In this document: positions 47,020 to 54,174 of the stretch, in pieces | Layout: each line of letters opens with the position of its first letter | Position numbering within the stretch: the first letter of the stretch is position 1 | Assembly (NCBI GenBank): GCA_965652415.1 | Contig: CBFGVH010000006.1 | Span: 1 to 54,174 of the forward strand | Direction: 5' to 3' | Length of the DNA: 54,174 nucleotides | Source of the DNA: an uncultured Gammaproteobacteria bacterium | GTDB taxonomy: Bacteria > Pseudomonadota > Gammaproteobacteria > Arenicellales > CAJQKF01 | Notes under the pieces: generated by a model | The model's database searches: none | Seen by the model: only the letters and a program-made list of their open reading frames with translations | Told to the model about the DNA's origin: nothing | Made by a program: the position numbers and the translations under genes

Positions 47020-47084
47020 GCCGACATAGCGATTACAATGGCCTCTCACCGACCACCACGAGCTTACAGTTCGGGAGAGGCAGC

Positions 47085-47348
47085 ATGTCGAAACCGCGGA
47101 TCGCCCAGAAGGGGCCGTACGTGATGGACCTGGCGCCCGGCACCTACTGGTGGTGCCAGTGCGGCCGCTCCGCCAACCAGCCGTTCTGCGACGGCTCGCA
47201 CAAGAGCACCGGCTTCTCGCCGGTCAAGTTCGAAGTCACCGACACCGGCAGGTTCGCCCTGTGCGGCTGCAAGCACTCCGGCAACCGGCCTTTCTGCGAC
47301 GGCACCCACAACACCCTGGACGAACCGGGTCAAGGAACGCCGTCATAG
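47085..47348 (+). CDS. CDGSH iron-sulfur protein with two CDGSH motifs (MiNT/CISD3-like)
   Basis: CQCGRSANQPFCDGSH and CGCKHSGNRPFCDGTH. Confidence 0.92.
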   Translation: MSKPRIAQKGPYVMDLAPGTYWWCQCGRSANQPFCDGSHKSTGFSPVKFEVTDTGRFALCGCKHSGNRPFCDGTHNTLDEPGQGTPS

Positions 47349-47350
47349 AC

Positions 47351-48346
47351 GTGGGTCCGCTGCCGCGAATAGCCGTCACCGCCGGGGAACCGGCGGGGAT
47401 CGGTCCCGAGCTGCTGGTCAAGGTGGCACACACGACGGTGCCAGCGGCGCTTGTGGCGATCTGCGACCCGTCGCTGCTCGAGGCGGCGGCCGCCACGGTC
47501 GGGCTCGACACGAGCATCGTCGACGACGACGGTGCTCCCCACGTGCCGGGCGAGCTGCGCGTCGCTGCCGTCGCCGTGGCGGCACCTGTCACGCCGGGAT
47601 GTCCCGACCCGGCGAACGCCCGCTACGTCCTCGATACATTGGACATCGCCTGTGATGGCTGCCGCGAGGGCCGCTTCGACGCCATGGTCACCGGGCCCGT
47701 GCAGAAGTCGGTGATCAACGACGCGGGCATCGCCTTCAGCGGGCATACCGAGTACCTCGCAACGCGCTGCGGCGTCGACCTGCCGGTGATGATGCTGGCC
47801 GCCGAGACGCTGCGCGTGGCGCTGTACACCACCCACCTGCCGCTTCGCGAGGTTGCGGCCGCACTCGATCCTGGGCGCCTCGAGCGCGTCATCGGCATCA
47901 TCGAGCACGATCTCACCCGGCTGTTCGGTATCGAGTCGCCGCGCATCGCCGTGTGCGGCCTCAACCCCCACGCCGGCGAGGGCGGGCATCTCGGCCGCGA
48001 GGAGATCGAGATCATCGCACCGGTGCTCGAGCGCCTGCGCGCGCGCGGCATGCGCGTGCGCGGCCCGCTGCCCGCCGACACCGCGTTCACACACCGCGCC
48101 CTTGCCGACACCGACGCGGTGCTCGCCATGTACCACGACCAGGGCCTGCCGGTCATCAAGTACGCCGGCTTCGGCGAAGTGGTGAACATCACCCTGGGCC
48201 TGCCGATCGTTCGCACCTCGGTCGACCACGGCACCGCGCTCGATCTCGCCGGCAGCGGCCGCGCGCTGCCCGATTCCATGATCGAGGCGATTCGCGTGGC
48301 GGTGCGCCTGGCCCGTCCCGGCGACGCCGTCCACCGCGATGATTGA
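47351..48346 (+). CDS. pdxA: 4-hydroxythreonine-4-phosphate dehydrogenase
   Basis: GEPAGIGPE, GHTEYL, GLNPHAGEGG, MYHDQGL and RTSVDHGTA motifs; start approximate. Confidence 0.95.
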   Translation: MGPLPRIAVTAGEPAGIGPELLVKVAHTTVPAALVAICDPSLLEAAAATVGLDTSIVDDDGAPHVPGELRVAAVAVAAPVTPGCPDPANARYVLDTLDIACDGCREGRFDAMVTGPVQKSVINDAGIAFSGHTEYLATRCGVDLPVMMLAAETLRVALYTTHLPLREVAAALDPGRLERVIGIIEHDLTRLFGIESPRIAVCGLNPHAGEGGHLGREEIEIIAPVLERLRARGMRVRGPLPADTAFTHRALADTDAVLAMYHDQGLPVIKYAGFGEVVNITLGLPIVRTSVDHGTALDLAGSGRALPDSMIEAIRVAVRLARPGDAVHRDD

Positions 48347-49130
48347 ACCCCCGCGAGGCAAGAAGCGCTTCGGTCAACACTTCCTCGTCGATCAATCCAT
48401 CATCAATGCCATCATCCGCCGCTTCGGCGCCGGCGCCGGCACTCCGGTGATCGAGATCGGTCCCGGCGCCGGCGCCCTGACAGGTCCGCTGCTCGACGCC
48501 GGCGTGGAGCTGACCGCGGTGGAGATCGACCGCGACATGCAGGCGATCCTGCTCGAACGCTTCGGCGACCGCGCCAACTTCACCCTGGCGGCCGAGGACA
48601 TTCTCACGGTGGATTTCGCCTCGCTCACAGCCGGGCGCATCGTGCGCGTGATCGGCAACCTGCCCTACAACATCACCTCGCCGATCATCTTCCGCTTGAT
48701 CGACAACCTTCCGCGCATCGGCGACATGTACTTCATGGTGCAGAAGGAGGTCGCCGAGAGGATCGCAGCGGCACCCGGCAGTCGCGACTACGGCAAGCCG
48801 AGCGTGATGGTGCAACGCCTGTGCGAGACAGGGATCGACCTCGCCATCCCGCCGATCGCGTTCCGCCCGCCGCCGCGGGTGATGTCCGCCATGCTAAGAT
48901 TGCGCCCGCGCGCCGCACCCCTGGGCGGAGACGTCGACGCCGCCCTGTTCGAGCGCGTGGTGAGCGCGGCATTCGCCCAGCGCCGCAAGACGCTGCGCAA
49001 CGCGCTGAAGCAGGTGGCGCCGGTCGAGGCACTCGCCGACGCGGACATCGACCCCGGGCGGCGCGCCGAGACCGTCAGCGTCGAGGAGTACGCGCGCCTG
49101 GTCCGCCGAGTGTCCGAAACCTTCTCCTGA
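48339..49130 (+). CDS. rsmA: 16S rRNA adenine dimethyltransferase
   Basis: KRFGQHFL, EIGPGAG, GNLPYNI, MVQKEVA, F.PPP.V.S and QRRKTLRN motifs. Confidence 0.96.
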   Translation: MIEPPRGKKRFGQHFLVDQSIINAIIRRFGAGAGTPVIEIGPGAGALTGPLLDAGVELTAVEIDRDMQAILLERFGDRANFTLAAEDILTVDFASLTAGRIVRVIGNLPYNITSPIIFRLIDNLPRIGDMYFMVQKEVAERIAAAPGSRDYGKPSVMVQRLCETGIDLAIPPIAFRPPPRVMSAMLRLRPRAAPLGGDVDAALFERVVSAAFAQRRKTLRNALKQVAPVEALADADIDPGRRAETVSVEEYARLVRRVSETFS

Positions 49131-49211
49131 CCCGTCCATGCACGACGCTGCGCGTGAAACATCAACGGCCGGCCGGACCCCGCAGACGGTCTCGCCGGAG
49201 AACCCGGGCGC

Positions 49212-49339
49212 TGTAGGAGCCTGCCCGCAGGCGATTATTTCGCTCGGCGTGCACACCGCGTCAATCGCCTGCAAGGCAGGCTCCTACAGCGGCTTCGACA
49301 AAGATCCCGGGAACTGCAGGAGCCTGCCTCGCAGTCGAT
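49212..49339. repeat. GTAG-family REP cluster (inverted pair plus a degenerate third copy)
   Basis: TGTAGGAGCCTGCCCGCAGGCGAT (49212-49235); inverted copy ATCGCCTGCAAGGCAGGCTCCTACA (49264-49288); TGCAGGAGCCTGCCTCGCAGTCGAT (49315-49339). Confidence 0.85.
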
Positions 49340-49396
49340 TCTCCGCGGTGCCCTCGGCAGCATCGGCCGCCTACCAATGACCGGTCGGCTTCACCA

Positions 49397-51661
49397 ATGT
49401 CGCGCCTGATCGAACTCAACGGCCTCGCGGCCGCGGCCGAGGGCGTCTACTCCAGCCCGGCGAGCGCCGAGCGCGACTTCGCCTATAGCGACGGCGACGA
49501 CGCCGAGCGCTATCTCGAACAGGTTCTCAGCGCCGCGAGCGACCTGTCGAGCACCTCCGGGGAATTGCAGCTCGCTATTCGCGACTGGCCATCGGAGTAC
49601 CACCTGAGCCCAAGGCGCGCCAACCTGCTCAGGCCGCTGCCCATCGATGCCGGCGCCGGCGTTCTCGAGCTCGGCTGCGGCTGCGGCGCCATCAGCCGCT
49701 ATCTCGGCGAGATCGGCTGCAGCGTCGATGCCGTCGAAGGCAGCGCCGTGCGCGCCCGCCTCGCCAGGTTGCGCTGCCGTGACCTCGATAACGTCACGGT
49801 CGTGCAGGCCAACTTCAACCGCCTCGAGCTGCCGCCGAAGGAGTACGACTACGTGTTCCTCGTCGGCGTCGCCGAGTATGCCCGCCGCTTCTCGCCGGCG
49901 AGCGCCAGCGACCGCGACGCCGTGGTCGACCTGTTGAAGCGAATCCGGCAATCGCTCGCCCCCGGCGGCCGCGTGCTGGTCGCCATCGAGAACCGCACCG
50001 GCATGAAGTACCTGCACGGCGCCCACGAGGACCACTACTCGCTGCGCTTCGTCGGCATCGACGACTACGCCGACTCCGCCGGCATCCGCACCTACACGAG
50101 GCGCGAGTGGCGCAGCATCGCGGTCGAGGCGGGGCTGCCGGATCACGTGTTCCTGTACCCGTTTCCAGACTACAAGATTCCCACCGTGTACCTGGGCGAC
50201 GACTACGTTGCGCGCGACGCCAACGCCTGGTGCCATCTCGAGGGAATCGACTCGACGGACTACACGTTCCTGTTCGACCCGTACATTCCCGAGACCCTCA
50301 CCTGGCAGGGATACAACGCCGCGGGCGTGCTCGCCGACATGGCGAACTCGTTCATGCTGGTGCTCGCCGAAGGCGGCGATCTCGACGAGTTCGCGGCGCT
50401 GGATTTCGCACACCTGCCGGACTTCAGGCGCCGGCGCGAGTACTGCACCGTGATCAGCAAGCGGCGCGGCGATGCGCACGTGCACCGCGCGTCACTGGAC
50501 GCCGGCGCCGCGGCGACCACGGAGCCCTACCTCGAGGGCGTGCTGCTGTCGGCGCTGTGGGTGCGCAGCATCATGACCGGCCGCGACGTCGACGGTTTCT
50601 TCCGATACCTGAAGGACTACGTCGAGTTCCTCGAGGCCGAGTCGGCGCGCCACCCGCTGCCGCCGGACCTTCTTCCCAACAACATCGTGGTCGACGCCGG
50701 CGGCCGGTACCACGTGTTCGACCAGGAGTGGCCCGCCGGCGACGGAGCCGATGTCGATTACCTGCTGTTCCGCGCGACGCTGACTTTCGCCAACCACTAT
50801 CGCGCCGCCATCCGGCAGTTCGCGCGCCGCAACGAGTTGCACGACGTCGGCGGTTTCATTCGCCACTGCTTTCGCGCCATGAACCGCGGCCAACACCTGC
50901 CGGAGGATTTCTGCGAGCGCGAGGACGCCTTCCAGCAGCGCGTCATGCTGACCCGCGAGGCGGACACCGCCGCGCAGCTTGCGATCCCGATCACCGATGC
51001 CCCGGTCAACGCCCGCATCACCGCCGCCCTTGCCTGGTCGAGCGGGACCGGCTTCGAGGAAGGCGCCATCGTCACCCGCACCCTCGAGCCGACCGCCGAA
51101 CCGGTGACGGTACGCTTCGAACTGCCCGAACCGGTCACCCGTATCGAGACCATCCGCTTTCACCCGTGCGACCGCCACCGGCCTCATACGCATGGCCTGT
51201 TCAACGTCGAGTCTGTGCGCGTGATCGCCCTCGCCGGCGAACGGCGCCCCACCGTGCTGTGGTCACTCGACGGCGAGGACCTGGTGCTTAACAAGGCCGC
51301 GCTCGACAATATCACCCTCGTTTCGAGCGGCGGCGAACGCACCCTGGCGGTCAACGGCGACAAGCCGTCCATGACCTTCACCCTCGCCGCCGCCGTGGAT
51401 CCCGCGCGCGGTGAGCGGCTCGCCGTCGAGTTCGCGCTCCGCTACGCGCCGAGCCGCGACTACCTGCTGGTGCAGCAGGACTTCCTGCTCAAGGAGGCGG
51501 CCATGAGGCAGCAGATCGAGGCCCTCGAACGACGGCTGGAACTCGAGAAACAGGCCCTGTCCCGCGCCGAGACCGAGATCGCGGCGATCAAGTCGTCAAA
51601 CGCGTGGCGACTCGTGACCCGGTTGAAGCGCACCCTCGCGGGGAGCCGGCGGCGCGGCTGA
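49397..51661 (+). CDS. Multidomain class I SAM methyltransferase (glycan-associated type) with kinase-like remnant and C-terminal coiled coil
   Basis: VLELGCGCGAI, VEGS..RA, AIENR.G.KY, YPFPDYK, DLLPNNI...FDQEW and terminal KSSNAWRLVTRLKR. Confidence 0.8.
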   Translation: MSRLIELNGLAAAAEGVYSSPASAERDFAYSDGDDAERYLEQVLSAASDLSSTSGELQLAIRDWPSEYHLSPRRANLLRPLPIDAGAGVLELGCGCGAISRYLGEIGCSVDAVEGSAVRARLARLRCRDLDNVTVVQANFNRLELPPKEYDYVFLVGVAEYARRFSPASASDRDAVVDLLKRIRQSLAPGGRVLVAIENRTGMKYLHGAHEDHYSLRFVGIDDYADSAGIRTYTRREWRSIAVEAGLPDHVFLYPFPDYKIPTVYLGDDYVARDANAWCHLEGIDSTDYTFLFDPYIPETLTWQGYNAAGVLADMANSFMLVLAEGGDLDEFAALDFAHLPDFRRRREYCTVISKRRGDAHVHRASLDAGAAATTEPYLEGVLLSALWVRSIMTGRDVDGFFRYLKDYVEFLEAESARHPLPPDLLPNNIVVDAGGRYHVFDQEWPAGDGADVDYLLFRATLTFANHYRAAIRQFARRNELHDVGGFIRHCFRAMNRGQHLPEDFCEREDAFQQRVMLTREADTAAQLAIPITDAPVNARITAALAWSSGTGFEEGAIVTRTLEPTAEPVTVRFELPEPVTRIETIRFHPCDRHRPHTHGLFNVESVRVIALAGERRPTVLWSLDGEDLVLNKAALDNITLVSSGGERTLAVNGDKPSMTFTLAAAVDPARGERLAVEFALRYAPSRDYLLVQQDFLLKEAAMRQQIEALERRLELEKQALSRAETEIAAIKSSNAWRLVTRLKRTLAGSRRRG

Positions 51662-51758
51662 ACCCGCCCCGCTTCGTGCGCATCCGCTACCGTCGGCCGC
51701 ACGCTACAATGCAGGGCATCGAAACCGGGCCACTGCCGCCCTTCGGCAGGCTGTGCAG

Positions 51759-53891
51759 ATGACCGCGACCAATTCGCTGGATCAGCCCGACGAGGCGGGC
51801 GCAACACCCGCGGGGAGCGGCGCGGAACCGGACATCGTCGACCCTGACGACGCCGTCGCGCGGGAGCAGCGTGCACGGCGCCTGCGCCTGCGCATGCTGC
51901 TCGCCATCGCCGTCGTCGCCAGCGCCGTCACGCTGACCGCCATCGGCATCGGCACCTACGCGGCGGTGGAGCGTTCACTGCGCCAGGTGCGTGCGACGAC
52001 GCTGATGTCCATCCTCGACACCCAGTCGAAGACCATCGACGTGTGGATCCAGGACCAGATGGTCACCGCGCAGCGCACCGCGAACAATCGACTGGTACGA
52101 CGCCAGGTGGCCGAACTGGTTGCGATCGCCGTGCGGACCGGCGCCGATCCGGAGCAGTACTGCGCCGAGCCGATGCGCCGACCCCTGGTGCGCGAACTCG
52201 ACGAGGCGCTCGCCGGCACCGGGGCGGTGCGCTTCAACATCGTCGATTCCGCAGGCCGCGTCGTGGCGTCGAGGGTTCCGCGGTTCTGCGGCCTGTCGGT
52301 GCGATCCGAATGGCTGGCGCGGGAACTCGGACCGGTCCTGGGCGGCGATACCACATTCACGCCGCCATCGCGCGACGAGGACTGGTTCGAGCACCTGCCG
52401 ACGGACGGCGTGCCCTCGCGGCCGCTGGTCTGGATCAGCATACCGGTGTTCGCCGGCGACGGCGGCATCATCGCGGCGCTGAGCATCGGTCACTACGCCC
52501 ACGAGCAGTTCGCGGCCATCCTCGCCGCGGTTCGCGGCGGCCACACCCTGGAAGCCTACGCGTTTGATCGTCACGGCAATCGCCTCTCGCGCAGCCGCTT
52601 CGCCGATGACGCCGGCATCGACGACACCCCCCCCGTGGACGACGCCGCTTCGCGATGGGCATTCACGCCGCCCCGCGACTCGACCGGCCGCCTGACACAG
52701 TTGATCGGCGAGGCGCTCCCCAGTGCGAGCAGCGGCGGCGACGGCCTGCTTGTCGAGCCGTATCCAGGTTACTACGGCCGTGACGTCATCGGCGCCTGGC
52801 GCTGGCTGCCCGACTACGATATGGGGATCGCGGTGGAGATTGCCGCGGTCGAGGCCTACGCACCCTTGCGAACGCTGTGGTACGCCTTCACCGGGGTGTT
52901 CGCCGCGCTCGTCCTCGCCGTCGTCGCGGTCCTCGTTTCCTGGTACCGCGCCGCCCGCCAGCGCATCGGCGAGAAGCAGCGGCTGGGACCTTACGTCCTC
53001 GTCGAGAAGATCGGCGAAGGCGGCGTCGGCAACGTGTACCTCGCCAATCACGACCTGCTCAAGCGCCCCACCGCCGTGAAGCTCCTCAAGCCTTCCCGGT
53101 CCAGCGACGAGATGGTCGAACGCTTCAAGCGGGAAGTACAGCTTGCGAGCCAGCTATCCCATCCGAACATGGTCGAAATCTTCGACTACGGGTACACGGC
53201 CTCGGGTACCTTGTACTACGCGATGGAATACCTCGAGGGCGTCACCATCGGCGAGCTGGTGCTCAAGGGCGGCGCCATGCCGGTCGCGCGTGCGGCCCAC
53301 GTCCTGCTCCAGGTGTGCGCGGGACTTGCCGAGGCGCACGGCAAGGGCCTCGTGCATCGCGACATCAGCGCAACCAACATCATGGTGTGCCACTACGGCG
53401 GCCAATACGACTTCGTCAAGATCCTGGACTTCGGACTGGTCAAGAGCCTCACCCGCGCCGACACCCAGACCGTGACGCGCACCATGCGCCTGCTCGGTAC
53501 GCCCCTTTACATGGCGCCGGAACGCCTGCGCGACCCGTCCGATGTCGACTTTCGCTCCGACATCTACTCGGTCGGCGTGGTCGCCTTCTTCATCCTCACG
53601 GGCCGGAGGATGTTCCAGACCGACGACACGCTGGCCCTGACGAGCTGCGTCCTGCACGAGATCCCGCCGCGCGTATCCACGGTCGCGACGCAACACGTTC
53701 CGGAGGAGCTCGACCTGCTGGTCGAGTCCTGTCTGCGCAAGCGGCGCGAGGACCGGCCGCAGCAGATCACCGACATGGCCGAGATCCTGGAGTCGATCAC
53801 GCGGACCTGTCGCTGGACACAGCACGATGCCGAGGCGGCGTGGCTACACGCGGGCGAGGAGGCTTCGAGGGGGGAGCGGGCTTCGTCGTGA
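51759..53891 (+). CDS. Membrane-bound Hanks-type Ser/Thr protein kinase with extracytoplasmic sensor domain
   Basis: Two TM segments flank a Cache-like region; then GEGGVG, AVK, HRDISATN, DFG, GTPLYMAPE and SDIYSVG motifs. Confidence 0.9.
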   Translation: MTATNSLDQPDEAGATPAGSGAEPDIVDPDDAVAREQRARRLRLRMLLAIAVVASAVTLTAIGIGTYAAVERSLRQVRATTLMSILDTQSKTIDVWIQDQMVTAQRTANNRLVRRQVAELVAIAVRTGADPEQYCAEPMRRPLVRELDEALAGTGAVRFNIVDSAGRVVASRVPRFCGLSVRSEWLARELGPVLGGDTTFTPPSRDEDWFEHLPTDGVPSRPLVWISIPVFAGDGGIIAALSIGHYAHEQFAAILAAVRGGHTLEAYAFDRHGNRLSRSRFADDAGIDDTPPVDDAASRWAFTPPRDSTGRLTQLIGEALPSASSGGDGLLVEPYPGYYGRDVIGAWRWLPDYDMGIAVEIAAVEAYAPLRTLWYAFTGVFAALVLAVVAVLVSWYRAARQRIGEKQRLGPYVLVEKIGEGGVGNVYLANHDLLKRPTAVKLLKPSRSSDEMVERFKREVQLASQLSHPNMVEIFDYGYTASGTLYYAMEYLEGVTIGELVLKGGAMPVARAAHVLLQVCAGLAEAHGKGLVHRDISATNIMVCHYGGQYDFVKILDFGLVKSLTRADTQTVTRTMRLLGTPLYMAPERLRDPSDVDFRSDIYSVGVVAFFILTGRRMFQTDDTLALTSCVLHEIPPRVSTVATQHVPEELDLLVESCLRKRREDRPQQITDMAEILESITRTCRWTQHDAEAAWLHAGEEASRGERASS

Positions 53892-53943
53892 CGACAACCG
53901 TCACAGATTCGCGCCTTCGAGCGGGCGGGGCGGGCTCGCGACC

Positions 53944-54174
53944 GTGAAGCCGCTGTCGGTGTGCCTGTGCACGACGTTCTTCCCGCCTCACGGGAACGAT
54001 CATGACGCCCGCTACGTTTTCACGCTGGCCAATGCCCTCGCCGGGCGCGGCCACCGCGTGACCGTCGTGCATCACCCCGGAGCAGCGCGATTGCCGGGCA
54101 GGCGCTTGCGGACCGCCGAGGTTCCGCTTCATCCCGGTGTCGAAGAGGTTCCGCTGCACGGACCGGCCGGCGCG
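53944..54174 (+). CDS. Glycosyltransferase family 4 protein, N-terminus only (runs off the right edge)
   Basis: Not in the ORF track. GTG 53944 gives MKPLSVCLCTTFFPPHGNDHDARYVFTLANALAGRGHRVTVVH..., a typical GT4 N-terminal pattern, open to the window end. Confidence 0.78.
   Translation, partial: MKPLSVCLCTTFFPPHGNDHDARYVFTLANALAGRGHRVTVVHHPGAARLPGRRLRTAEVPLHPGVEEVPLHGPAGA

Noticed and set aside
47332-47353. Possible ATA start of pdxA at 47345 overlapping the CDGSH stop, 8 nt after AAGGA
   Set aside because: An in-frame GTG two codons later explains initiation adequately; the evidence is too weak.
49138-49380. 80-aa ORF, or a CRISPR-like repeat, between rsmA and the methyltransferase
   Set aside because: The ORF just reads through REP sequence. 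The repeats alternate in orientation and there are no cas genes.
53797-54159. 120-aa minus-strand ORF at the right end
   Set aside because: It is the antisense shadow of the plus-strand GT4 N-terminus and the kinase end.

Overview
This is a GC-rich proteobacterial chromosomal window, probably from a Gammaproteobacterium (inferred from gene content). It is densely coding, with no rRNA, tRNA, CRISPR array, phage gene or transposase that I can recognise. From left to right it holds: a partial MidA/NDUFAF7-type methyltransferase and a pteridine reductase; a hemerythrin-like gene divergent from a short-Q-loop cytochrome bd oxidase (cydAB plus a 40-aa DUF2474-like ORF); a translationally coupled homogentisate operon (hmgA, MarR, flavoprotein monooxygenase, MBL-fold protein, DUF2783) divergent from FAH, maiA and a molybdopterin oxidoreductase; a MetY-like enzyme and several hydrolases; and a degenerate cytidylyltransferase. 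Next comes a near-complete purine catabolism region: xdhABC-uraD-uraH, a BMP-type ABC transporter, a RutR-like regulator with a recognisable box, and puuD-puuE-alc-allA. That region is split by an orphan catabolic cluster (GntR, TctCBA, MLE-subgroup enolase, TauD dioxygenase, Qor, FAH). The right end has an orphan GspC-like gene, phbB, a CDGSH gene, pdxA-rsmA, a GTAG REP cluster, and a possible glycan locus made of a methyltransferase/kinase-remnant/coiled-coil protein, a two-TM sensor Ser/Thr kinase and a partial GT4 that the ORF track missed. The best candidates for undescribed biology are the orphan TTT-enolase-TauD pathway, the monooxygenase/DUF2783/degenerate-MBL module feeding homogentisate, the PCu(A)C-PuuD pairing, the sensor-kinase glycan locus, and a probable ATT start codon. 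All family calls come from reading motifs by eye; no database search was run.
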